Of a DNA stretch of 64,000 nt, positions 7,931-16,726 are shown in pieces. The notes beneath the pieces are model-generated. The model saw only the letters and a program-made list of their open reading frames with translations, searched no databases and was not told where the DNA came from. The stretch lies in assembly GCA_964394405.1 (NCBI GenBank), contig CAYMVY010000001.1, forward strand, positions 494,633 through 558,632, in the 5' to 3' direction. Both the position numbers and the translations under genes were made by a program. The stretch comes from an uncultured Gammaproteobacteria bacterium. Lineage in GTDB: Bacteria; Patescibacteriota; Patescibacteriia; Magasanikbacterales; UBA922. Each line of letters begins with the position of its first letter. Positions within the stretch are counted from its first letter, which is position 1.

Positions 7931-9166
7931 ATGACAATTCTTCAGGCACACAAATATTATTGGCCCCGCGATGGCGCATCCAATTACATGCTTTCACTCT
8001 CGAAATTACTTGAAGAGAGAGGTGAAACCGTAATTCCCTTTGCGATGCAGGGCAGAGAGAATCTTCCAACACCATATGGAGAATTTTTTGTACCAGAAAT
8101 GAATCTGAGAGATCCTGAAAAAGCGAATGTAGGGGAAAAAATACGCTACACACTCCGCATGTTCTATTCGATCGAAGCAAAAAAAAGAATGCGGAAATTA
8201 TTGGACACACATCCCGTGGATATTGCGCATATTCACAATATTTATCATCATATTTCACCTTCGATTTTATCAGAACTCAAGCGACGAAAAATTCCGATTG
8301 TGATGACGCTTCATGATTACAAATTGTTGGCGCCAAATTACACCATGTTTCATCATGGCGCAGTACACGAAGAAGACGCGCGCGGATGGTATCTCTCCTG
8401 TGTCAAGAATAAATGTATGAAAGATTCTCGTGCGCAGAGCGCGATTGTGGTTGCAGAGATGATTTGGCATCACAAAATTATGAAATATTATGAGCGCTAT
8501 GTAGACACCTTTATCGCGCCAAGCAGATTTATGAGAGATATCTGTATAAAATTTGGATGGGATGAACAGAAGTTTGTTCATATTCCACATCCTGCATTTG
8601 TTGAGTCCAAGCATCATGTCTCAAAAAAGGATAAAGAGTACGTGGCATATGTAGGTAGGTTATCAGAAGAAAAAGGTCTTCTCGTGCTACTGCGAGCTGC
8701 AAGCTACACCCCAGAGATCCCCTATGTGATTGTAGGCGAGGGTCCTCTTGAGAATAGAATGAGAGGAATGATTGCGAGTCGTAAGCTGAAGAATGTGTGG
8801 TGTGTGGGGTTCAAAACCGGCGCTGAATTGGAAACAATTATTAGCGAAGCACGAGTGTTGGTGCTCCCCTCAATCTGGTACGAGAATTATCCACTAAGCA
8901 TTCTCGAGGCAAAGGCTGCAGGAAATATTGTTATTGGAAGTAATATTGGGGGTATAGGAGAAATGCTCCCGCCTGAACTGGTAGTAGAAGCAGGGAATGA
9001 AGAAATGCTCGCGCATACTATACAGGAGTGGTATCACAAAAAAGCAAGTGAAAGAAAAAAAATGGGAGCACAGTTGCAAGAGGAAGTGAAAAAAGAAAAT
9101 GCACCCCTCGCTCATGTGCGCGCAATCGAGAATGTGTACGCGGCACTCACCAAACACACCACATAG
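7931..9166 (+). CDS. GT4 family glycosyltransferase (GT-B fold).
   Basis: The C-terminal GT4 signature is present: EEKGLLVLL ... VLPSIWYENYPLSILEAKAAGNIVIGSNIGGIGE (E-x7-E). Confidence 0.8.
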   Translation: MTILQAHKYYWPRDGASNYMLSLSKLLEERGETVIPFAMQGRENLPTPYGEFFVPEMNLRDPEKANVGEKIRYTLRMFYSIEAKKRMRKLLDTHPVDIAHIHNIYHHISPSILSELKRRKIPIVMTLHDYKLLAPNYTMFHHGAVHEEDARGWYLSCVKNKCMKDSRAQSAIVVAEMIWHHKIMKYYERYVDTFIAPSRFMRDICIKFGWDEQKFVHIPHPAFVESKHHVSKKDKEYVAYVGRLSEEKGLLVLLRAASYTPEIPYVIVGEGPLENRMRGMIASRKLKNVWCVGFKTGAELETIISEARVLVLPSIWYENYPLSILEAKAAGNIVIGSNIGGIGEMLPPELVVEAGNEEMLAHTIQEWYHKKASERKKMGAQLQEEVKKENAPLAHVRAIENVYAALTKHTT

Positions 9167-9180
9167 TGGATTCGTCTGTT

Positions 9181-11205
9181 ATGATTCATACCCTATACAA
9201 AAAATGTATATATCTCGGAGTAGTGCTCATGTTGCTCTCTGGATTGGTGTATCCGCGTAGTGCAGAGGCGTCGATTAATTCGCATACGTCACCGAGAATC
9301 GCAAATTATTTTTTGAAATGGGAGTTGACGGATATAGAAGCGACTGAACTTTCAAAATGGGATGTAGTTATATTGGATATGGAAGTACAATTCCGCAGTG
9401 CAGCAGCTCTCGCAAAATTAAAAAAATTGAATCCAGAAATCGTCCTTCTTGTGTATCTAACCCCCCAAGAAATCGCTACCAATGCAGCCACTGGGTGGAG
9501 TACTGCTAGACGCAAACTCGCTGCAGGAATTCCAGATGAGTGGTATCTCAAAAATAGTAGAGGAGAACGACTCTCCTGGTGGTCAGGAACGTATCTACTC
9601 AATGTGACTGATAGTGCGCCTGAACGCGGAGGAATGAGGCTGAATGAGTACATACCGCGATTTGTAGTGAATGAATTGTTATCTTCTGGATATTGGGACG
9701 GAGTGTATTATGATAATAGCTGGGATACTATTGCCTATTTTGCGGGAAATGATATTGATTTGAATCTCGATCGTTCACCAGATACCGCAACCGAGACCAA
9801 ATGGCAGGAGGGTATGAAAGAATTGTATGCAACGACCCGGAATTTGAGCGGGAGTGATATTATTATTGTGGGGAACAATCACAATACTGCATATCTCTCT
9901 GATCTCAATGGAAAACTACTCGAAAATTTTCCGAACGGTAATTGGGTGTCGACCATGAATACATTGAGAGCATTTTCGACTAGTCGAGCGGTGGTACCTC
10001 GTGTACCAATAGTCAATGCAAATACGGCAAATACCGGAATCCCTGATTATCGCTCCATGCGATATGGTTTGACCTCAGCACTCCTCGAGAATGCATATTT
10101 TGCCTATGACCACGGGGATCAGGATCATGGACAGACATGGTGGTACGATGAATACGAGGTATCGCTCGGGAATCCGATAACTGTAGCGCAATCACAGACC
10201 GGCAAGACTGAGTATGCGCCAGACGTGTGGTCGCGTAATTTTGAAAATGGAATTTCGATTGTGAATAGTACCAATGAGGCGCGTACCATTCCGCTTGACG
10301 GAGAGTATGAGCATATTCATGGTGTCCAGGACACGGCAGTGAATGATGGATCCATTGTCTCAGAAGTCACCCTTGCGCCAAAAGATGGACTCATATTATT
10401 GAAAACATTCGAGACACTGAAGAATGTCATTTTTACCAATGGTTTTTTTGCGCGATTTTTCAAGCCCACCGGTGAACGAGCACGCAATGGATTATTTGTT
10501 TTTGAAGAAGAGCAGAAAGGTGGCGCACAAATTGCGCATATTGATTTGAATTTTAATAATCAAGAAGATTTGGTCGTGGTGAGTGGTAACAAGATTCAGG
10601 GATGGAGAGATGATGGACAAATTTTGTTTAAGATTTACCCCTATGGTGCCAACTATACGGGATCGCTACATGTCGCGGTAGGTGATCTTGATAATGATGG
10701 CTTCTATGAAATATACAGTGCTCCGAGCGCTGGTTTTCGAGAACCCATTCGAAGGTATGATAGAAATGGAGCGACTATTGGAGGAGATCTTTTCCCCTAT
10801 GGTTCAGCATACAAAGGTGGATACCATATGGCCCTAACCAAAGCATCGGAGGCAGCTCCTGCGCGACTGATTGTGGGATCAGGGGTGGGGGTGAGACCAA
10901 CGATCACCGTCTATGGTCCTGACTTCAAAAAATTACTCGCCTTTAGCGCATTTGAATCTACATTCATGGGCGGGGTAAGTGTTGCTGCGGGAGATGTCGA
11001 GGGAGATGGAACACAGGAAATTATTGCAGGGAAAGGAAGTAATGGAGCGCCTACGGTAAAAGTATTTACCCTTCAGGGAAAAGAAAAATATCAATCCTTC
11101 AATGCGTATACTACGATGTTTAAACCTGGTATTGAAGTTCGTACATTGGATATTGATTTTGATGGGAAAGATGAGATTGTGACCCTATCGGATGGAGCGT
11201 TATAA
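9181..11205 (+). CDS. Secreted protein. The N-terminal domain is a putative TIM-barrel glycoside-hydrolase-like domain (GH114/GHL-type; low certainty). The C-terminal domain is an FG-GAP/VCBS-like beta-propeller.
   Basis: A signal peptide is present. The C-terminus has repeated GDLDNDGFYE and GDVEGDGTQEII motifs typical of FG-GAP repeats. The N-terminal WDVVILDME region resembles the polysaccharide-hydrolase-like families. An alternative GTG start lies at 9166. Confidence 0.5.
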   Translation: MIHTLYKKCIYLGVVLMLLSGLVYPRSAEASINSHTSPRIANYFLKWELTDIEATELSKWDVVILDMEVQFRSAAALAKLKKLNPEIVLLVYLTPQEIATNAATGWSTARRKLAAGIPDEWYLKNSRGERLSWWSGTYLLNVTDSAPERGGMRLNEYIPRFVVNELLSSGYWDGVYYDNSWDTIAYFAGNDIDLNLDRSPDTATETKWQEGMKELYATTRNLSGSDIIIVGNNHNTAYLSDLNGKLLENFPNGNWVSTMNTLRAFSTSRAVVPRVPIVNANTANTGIPDYRSMRYGLTSALLENAYFAYDHGDQDHGQTWWYDEYEVSLGNPITVAQSQTGKTEYAPDVWSRNFENGISIVNSTNEARTIPLDGEYEHIHGVQDTAVNDGSIVSEVTLAPKDGLILLKTFETLKNVIFTNGFFARFFKPTGERARNGLFVFEEEQKGGAQIAHIDLNFNNQEDLVVVSGNKIQGWRDDGQILFKIYPYGANYTGSLHVAVGDLDNDGFYEIYSAPSAGFREPIRRYDRNGATIGGDLFPYGSAYKGGYHMALTKASEAAPARLIVGSGVGVRPTITVYGPDFKKLLAFSAFESTFMGGVSVAAGDVEGDGTQEIIAGKGSNGAPTVKVFTLQGKEKYQSFNAYTTMFKPGIEVRTLDIDFDGKDEIVTLSDGAL

Positions 11206-11235
11206 AGTAAAAAGTAAAAGGGAAAAAGGTAAAAG

Positions 11236-11722
11236 ATTAGTATAACTCAAAACTCAAATGTCAAAACGTAAAACTATAACGTAAAATTTAAAACTTAATC
11301 AGGGAGGGATTATGGCTAAACTAGATTCAAAAAATGATTTGAAAGTACGTGCGTATTTTCTATCAATACAGACCATACGTTTTTTAGAGATAGTGCCTGA
11401 AAAACGTGTGTATTGGACAATTGGAGATCAGCTACTTAGATCAGTAACGTCAATTGGGGCAAATATTGTCGAAGCAAAATCATCAGCCTCACGAAAAGAG
11501 TTTATCAAGTTCTATCAAATTTCCCTTAAGTCAGCGAATGAGAGTAAATACTGGCTCGGATTATTACGTGATACTACAAATATGGATAAAGACTTAGACA
11601 ATAACATACTGAATGAGGTTGTAGAAGTTGCAAATATGCTTGGATCAAGTATCATTACCATGAAGAATAAAAAGTTTTGAGATTTGAGTTATCGTTTTGA
11701 ACTTTGAGTTTTAAGTTTTGAG
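11236..11722 (+). mobile_element. Small terminal-inverted-repeat-bounded cassette carrying a four-helix-bundle protein gene. It is the full-length counterpart of the MITE-like element at 6222..6392.
   Basis: The left terminal inverted repeat ATTAGTATAACTCAAAAC (11236-11253) is identical to the element end at 6222. Both ends are built from degenerate ACTCAAA / GTTCAAAACG units. The right end (…CGTTTTGAACTTTGAGTTTTAAGTTTTGAG) is a partly degenerate inverted copy. Confidence 0.65.
11312..11680 (+). CDS. Four-helix-bundle protein (TIGR02436 / 23S rRNA intervening-sequence protein family, PF05635).
   Basis: The family signature is present: GDQLLRSVTSIGANIVEA ... SRKEFIKFYQISLKSANESKYWLGLL. The protein is 122 aa and is preceded by a strong RBS (AGGGAGGG). 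Confidence 0.8.
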   Translation: MAKLDSKNDLKVRAYFLSIQTIRFLEIVPEKRVYWTIGDQLLRSVTSIGANIVEAKSSASRKEFIKFYQISLKSANESKYWLGLLRDTTNMDKDLDNNILNEVVEVANMLGSSIITMKNKKF

Positions 11723-11732
11723 ATGGGTCTCT

Positions 11733-13580
11733 ATGCAATACGTTGAAAAGCATCTAACCAAACACCATTTATTGAACGCTCCCCACAAGTGGTTTTTCGC
11801 GTTCTTAGCATCGCCCATACATTTTGCTGAAATGCACTATAAGAATCGATATCATCTGCAGTTTTCTCATGCACGGAAATTATTTTTGTTCGACATGTCT
11901 CTCCTCGCGACACTGGCTGTGATTGCTGGAGCATTCTTATTCTGGAGTACCTATAATCCCACAGTGACAGATCTGGTATATCTCACGGTCACTCCTTCGC
12001 AATCAAGAATTTTGAGTGGAGAGTATGTGACATACACCGTAGGATATGAGAATAAAAGTGATGTGCGACTTTCGAATGCATCCATAACTCTAGACATTCC
12101 TGAAGGATTTATTCTTGATAAAACCGAGCCTGCGACATTTGATCGCTCAAATAATACGATGAAACTCGGTTCAATTGGTTCAGGGGAAAAGGGGAGTGTC
12201 TCGATCTCAGGCTGGTTCTATGGAACACCAGAAGTAGAAGATCATATCCATGCGCATATTAACTATGCCCAAGAAGGGAAAACGCGTACTGAGAATAAAA
12301 TGAGCCCGCATATCATATTTTTACGTGGGTCATTATTGGAGTCTTCGGTTGAATTGCAGGAACAGATTATCGAAAATTCACGCATTCCATTCACAATAAC
12401 GTTAGTCAATAATGGTTCGGAGCCTCTGCTCAATATTGTATTTGATCTAAGTCCAGTCAATACAATTGGAGTACTAGAGAGTGTGACAACTACGAGAGGA
12501 TTGGTGAATGGTGGAATGTGGAATTTATCAGGTCTGCTTCCTGATGAGTCTGTAGAGCTCGAGGGAATCATTGTGATTAGAGGAGGGTTGGGAGAAAATA
12601 CGTATTCGATAAAATTAGCACCAGCACTCTCAATTCGTGGCAAGACAATCACCCAATCAACGGTAACAAAATCTGTACAAGTCGCACGTCCAGAAGCTCG
12701 GGTTAGTGCTCGATGGGATAATGATTCCGCCATGTTAAAACCTAGCGAAACTGGTAGGTTGACTGCGACGATTACCAATACCGGGTCAATCACACTCGAA
12801 CAGGGAGTGATTGAAATTCCGCTTCCCAAAACAATTGTAAATCTGCAGGAGGCTGCGAGAGTGAATGCAGGGACAGTGAGTCAAAATACACTGATTCTTT
12901 CTTCCGCAAAACACCCAGCACTTAATTCGATCTCTCCGGGAGAGTCCCGAACAATTGCACTATTGGTTCCTATTCTTGCAATACCTGATGGGGGAACCGA
13001 CACTGTGCTCCAACCAACAGTTCGCTTCCATGCAGGAGTCGCGATTGATCCAAATACAAGGGTTGAGGCTACAGGGAAAACAGGGCAGCTCAAAGTAGGG
13101 ACACAGGTAGTCTTTACTGGAGAAATTCGGTACTATACTGCCGAGGGCGATCAGCTCGGGCGAGGACCGCTACCTCCACAGGTTGGAAAAGAGACCAAGT
13201 ACGCCGCCCTATTTTCGATTCGCAATACCACGAGCAATGTTACGGGGGGAATACTCAGCGTAAAACTTGGAAGCCGTGCAGTGTGGACGGGTAAGACGAG
13301 CGTTAGTCAGGGGTCTGCTCCTACCTATAACCCCTCGACCCGTATAGTACGGTGGAATGTGGGAACCATTCCAGCGCATGCGACAGTAGGTCTATTTTTT
13401 GAAGTTGGACTGACTCCAGAGGACGAAGAAGTGGGGACCACGCCAGTATTGGTGCTAAGCGCGGAAATTACTGGTACAGATGCCTATCTAGGGTATATGG
13501 TGAGCCGTTCGATAGGCGCTCTTGACACCTCCCTCGGCACAGATCTGATTGGGAGGACAAAAGGGGTGACTGTACGTTGA
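11733..13580 (+). CDS. Membrane-anchored surface protein with repeated DUF11-type (conserved repeat domain) beta-sandwich domains.
   Basis: An N-terminal transmembrane helix (SLLATLAVIAGAFLFW) is followed by repeated motifs such as TITNTGS and TLVNNGSEPL. The start is uncertain: the track uses TTG at 11718, and ATGs lie at 11733 and 11835. Confidence 0.55.
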   Translation: MQYVEKHLTKHHLLNAPHKWFFAFLASPIHFAEMHYKNRYHLQFSHARKLFLFDMSLLATLAVIAGAFLFWSTYNPTVTDLVYLTVTPSQSRILSGEYVTYTVGYENKSDVRLSNASITLDIPEGFILDKTEPATFDRSNNTMKLGSIGSGEKGSVSISGWFYGTPEVEDHIHAHINYAQEGKTRTENKMSPHIIFLRGSLLESSVELQEQIIENSRIPFTITLVNNGSEPLLNIVFDLSPVNTIGVLESVTTTRGLVNGGMWNLSGLLPDESVELEGIIVIRGGLGENTYSIKLAPALSIRGKTITQSTVTKSVQVARPEARVSARWDNDSAMLKPSETGRLTATITNTGSITLEQGVIEIPLPKTIVNLQEAARVNAGTVSQNTLILSSAKHPALNSISPGESRTIALLVPILAIPDGGTDTVLQPTVRFHAGVAIDPNTRVEATGKTGQLKVGTQVVFTGEIRYYTAEGDQLGRGPLPPQVGKETKYAALFSIRNTTSNVTGGILSVKLGSRAVWTGKTSVSQGSAPTYNPSTRIVRWNVGTIPAHATVGLFFEVGLTPEDEEVGTTPVLVLSAEITGTDAYLGYMVSRSIGALDTSLGTDLIGRTKGVTVR

Positions 13581-13605
13581 TAGAAAATGTATAAAGAATA
13601 TATGC

Positions 13606-13634
13606 AAAAAATCGCTTATTTTAGCGATTTTTTG
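13606..13634. terminator. Rho-independent terminator after the DUF11 protein gene.
   Basis: AAAAAATCGCT-TATTTT-AGCGATTTTTT: a 9-bp stem flanked by an A-run and a T-run. Confidence 0.65.
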
Positions 13635-13659
13635 CTGGATTTTTCAATGCTTTCTTCAC

Positions 13660-13688
13660 TTGACAATATACTCCATCTGTGCTATACT
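13660..13688 (+). promoter_or_regulatory. Consensus sigma70-type promoter (TTGACA-17-TATACT) about 150 nt upstream of the GT4 gene at 13837.
   Basis: TTGACA lies at 13660-13665 and TATACT at 13683-13688, with 17-nt spacing. Confidence 0.45.
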
Positions 13689-13836
13689 GAGCCGTTTACT
13701 AGTGATTGACAGATTCTCTGCTTACTCCCAGTATATGGGCACGGTGTTGACTCTATTTGCTTTATACTGATAAGGTTAAGTAATGGTTTAATTAGTTATT
13801 GCATTTTACCCAGATTTATTTAATTTAACGCATCAT

Positions 13837-15012
13837 ATGCGTATAGCCATGATCGGTCAAAAAGGAATCCCTGCGGTCTATGGTGGCGTGGAAAAACACG
13901 TACACGATCTTTCGGTACGTCTGGCAGAAAAAGGGCACCACGTAACAGTCTATGCTCGGAGCTGGTATACCGGATCTCATGGTACTGATACTGTTCAGGG
14001 TGTAACACGAGTACATACTCCTACTATTAGAACCAAACATCTTGATACAATTGTACATGTATTTACTTCAACTATTCATGCACTATTCCAACACACTGAT
14101 GTACTCCACTACCATGGAGTCGGTCCAGCATTGCTGGCGTGGATTCCACGAGTCTTTGCTCCTCGAACTAGGGTGGTAGTAACACTCCATTCACTCGATC
14201 GGTTCCATCAGAAATGGAATTGGTTTGCTCGATATGCACTCAAATTAGGTGAGCAAGCAACATACTTCTTTGCACATGAGACAATTGCAGTATCACGCAG
14301 TCTACAACAGTATGTGCAAAAAAAATACGGAAAAACAATCAATTGCATTCCCAATGGAGTGGAGACACCTCGTTTACCTAATTCAGAAAAGCATATCAAT
14401 TCTTTTGGCCTTACCCAGGGGAATTATATCGTAATGATTTCACGACTGGTTCCACACAAAGGGGCGCATCTTCTGATTGAAGCGTTCAAAGAATTGAAGG
14501 CGCGAAATCTGGAAAATCCAAAAATTGCATCACTCAAACTCGCAATTGTCGGGGGTTCTGCATACACTGATGAGTATGTGAAAGATCTGCATGCGAGTGC
14601 TGGAATTCTCAATGACATTATATTCACTGATTTTCAATCAGGAAGTGCATTGGATGAATTGTATGCCCACGCGCGTGTAATGGTGAATCCTTCGTTAAAT
14701 GAAGGATTGCCAATCACGGTGCTTCAGGCAATGAGTTATGGTATTCCTGTATTACTTTCGTCAATTCCGGAGCACAAAGAAATTACGAATAACAATCAGG
14801 TATTCTTCAATGAAAATGATGTAGAATCATTGGTCGTCCGTCTAGAAGCTTTTATGAGACTGACTGATGAGGAGCGAGCGCGAATCGGGAGAGAAAATAA
14901 GGCCATTATTCAGGAACGGTATGACTGGAATAATATTGTACCTCTCATAGAAAATACCTATCACGTAGTCAAAACTTCTCCTACCAAAATGAGTGCTACG
15001 TCTACCGTATAA
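13837..15012 (+). CDS. GT4 family glycosyltransferase.
   Basis: The N-terminus reads MRIAMIGQKGIPAVYGGVEKHV. The C-terminus has the GT4 motif VNPSLNEGLPITVLQAMSYGIPVL. Confidence 0.8.
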   Translation: MRIAMIGQKGIPAVYGGVEKHVHDLSVRLAEKGHHVTVYARSWYTGSHGTDTVQGVTRVHTPTIRTKHLDTIVHVFTSTIHALFQHTDVLHYHGVGPALLAWIPRVFAPRTRVVVTLHSLDRFHQKWNWFARYALKLGEQATYFFAHETIAVSRSLQQYVQKKYGKTINCIPNGVETPRLPNSEKHINSFGLTQGNYIVMISRLVPHKGAHLLIEAFKELKARNLENPKIASLKLAIVGGSAYTDEYVKDLHASAGILNDIIFTDFQSGSALDELYAHARVMVNPSLNEGLPITVLQAMSYGIPVLLSSIPEHKEITNNNQVFFNENDVESLVVRLEAFMRLTDEERARIGRENKAIIQERYDWNNIVPLIENTYHVVKTSPTKMSATSTV

Positions 15013-15166
15013 AAATATAAATAACAAAAACGACCCTCCAAGAAGAACACATGTAGGGTCGTTTTTTGTTACAAAAAAACCGCATAATGCGGAAATAAAT
15101 TAGAGGACGAGAGGTACGAGAGAGTGCGCTTCGCGTATGCGAATACCACACTCTCTCGTCCATGCC

Positions 15167-15886
15167 TCACGGGTCGTCGCAACCTTCGAGTTCGGTCTTG
15201 GCGACGTAGAGGAGCTCTGGGCATCGTGCAGGATCTTGGCTCGGTACGATCGAGTACGTCAGGCGATCGAGGAACTGCCACGTGGTCACGTTTTTGAAGA
15301 GCGTGACACAGCCGTTCCCGTATCCGTACGACGGATCACGAGGATCTCGAAGTTCGATCCAGTATCCGCTCTCGCACAGTTCTCCGAGAGGGAGCCACTC
15401 GGAATAGGGTATGACCCCAGTCTTCTCCCATGGCTCGCGTCCGAAGATGATGGTTATCTCCTCGCCATCGTGCAGATGTGCTGGGGGAGGTGAGCCATCG
15501 TAGCCAGAAAGTACGTAGATGAGGACGTCGCGACTGACGCACTGTCCGTCAGGAGTACAGTCCTTGCCACTGGCGCAGTGCCAGTCTTCGGTGCACGGGA
15601 GTGTTTCTGTGAACACCTCTTCCGTCGGTATGGTAGTGTCTTCGACCGCAGTGTCATCGAGTGTGATGTCTGCATCGGGAACGTCTGCGAGATCGGTAGG
15701 GATGTAGGGGTGCTCGACCATGTCAGCCCATTTCTCGGTGATGATGGTCACAGGAACCTGTGCATCACTCGAGGAGGTGGCGTCACTATCGCTCCATACA
15801 TCTTGCTCCATTCTCACGACGATAGTGATATCGTCGTAGTCGCAGGCGATGATGAGGAAGGCCAGGGGAATGAACAAACGCTTCAT
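15167..15886 (-). CDS. Cys-containing secreted lipoprotein of unknown function; the fourth GC3-rich gene.
   Basis: A GGAGG RBS lies 8 nt upstream of the ATG at 15886. The signal peptide MKRLFIPLAFLIIAC has an IIAC lipobox. Cys-rich C-terminal motifs follow (CTEDWHCASGKDCTPDGQCV). GC3 is high, unlike the neighbouring genes. Confidence 0.55.
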   Translation of the reverse strand: MKRLFIPLAFLIIACDYDDITIVVRMEQDVWSDSDATSSSDAQVPVTIITEKWADMVEHPYIPTDLADVPDADITLDDTAVEDTTIPTEEVFTETLPCTEDWHCASGKDCTPDGQCVSRDVLIYVLSGYDGSPPPAHLHDGEEITIIFGREPWEKTGVIPYSEWLPLGELCESGYWIELRDPRDPSYGYGNGCVTLFKNVTTWQFLDRLTYSIVPSQDPARCPELLYVAKTELEGCDDP

Positions 15887-16043
15887 GGTATTTCCTCCGC
15901 AAGGGAAGTTTGGTTGGGACTTGTACAAAGACACTGTTGTCTTATACAAGCAATCTGTAGCGTTATAGAAATACGACTTTAGTCCCACACCACAATCTTT
16001 GGTGCGAAGTAGTATTTCTACAAATTACAGCTATGTGATAACA

Positions 16044-16403
16044 CTATACCACAGGAGTAGAGGAGGGGGTATTATCTTCTTCGGTGTTTTTTGGCGGAGG
16101 TGTCTTGACTGCTTTAGTACTAGGTGAATACAGAGTATTCGATATTTTCCACTTGTCGACAAATTGTCCAATTCCTTGCTTTTCTGATTTATGCTTGACT
16201 GTAATTTTTCTCTGTGACCACTTGACGAGACTTTCAAAATTTATTTTGTATCTACCGCCAACCACCACATACGTGATTTCCTGATCTCGAATGGCTCGAC
16301 GAATAGTCTGTGGATTGACTCCAAAAAGCCGTGCAGCCTCAGAGATTGATACTCTGATTATTTCTTTTGGTTCAGATTGTGGCAGGGGAGTCAGTTCAAC
16401 CAT
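16044..16403 (-). CDS. Helix-turn-helix DNA-binding protein (excisionase / MerR-like HTH_17 type) with a Lys/Pro/Thr-rich tail.
   Basis: The HTH motif is SISEAARLFGVNPQTIRRAIRDQEITYVVVGGRYKINFESLVKW. The probable start is the ATG at 16403 (MVELTPLPQ); the track ORF extends to 16460. Confidence 0.55.
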   Translation of the reverse strand: MVELTPLPQSEPKEIIRVSISEAARLFGVNPQTIRRAIRDQEITYVVVGGRYKINFESLVKWSQRKITVKHKSEKQGIGQFVDKWKISNTLYSPSTKAVKTPPPKNTEEDNTPSSTPVV

Positions 16404-16726
16404 AGGTATATTTGTATACACAAGTATTAACAATTTATCACATTTTGTCAAGTGTTTCAACCTTTATTTAGTAGGAAATATCACTTATTTGTATAGATTA
16501 TTGTATACAAAAATATGTATGTCAGTGTAGTCTAGCAGGTAAATAATCGGGTACATATAGCCTTATTTGGTCAGTAGATGTGGGTGTGCATAGGGGGCTT
16601 TATTTTTTGGCCTTTTTATGCTATAGTTCGCTCTATCTTTAGGTGGGGTATAGATAGTGTCTATAGAGCCATTGTACCCCTTATTTCCCTAGTAACTGTA
16701 ACACTTTTCCCTCTCCTTCGTCTTCT

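Noticed and set aside
12263-12829. Antisense ORFs embedded in the DUF11 and S-layer-like genes (12263-12829 minus, 19395-19826 minus, 20361-20687 minus, 21918-22238 minus).
   Set aside because: They lie fully inside longer ORFs with recognisable domain structure, and they have no start or RBS context or recognisable motifs.
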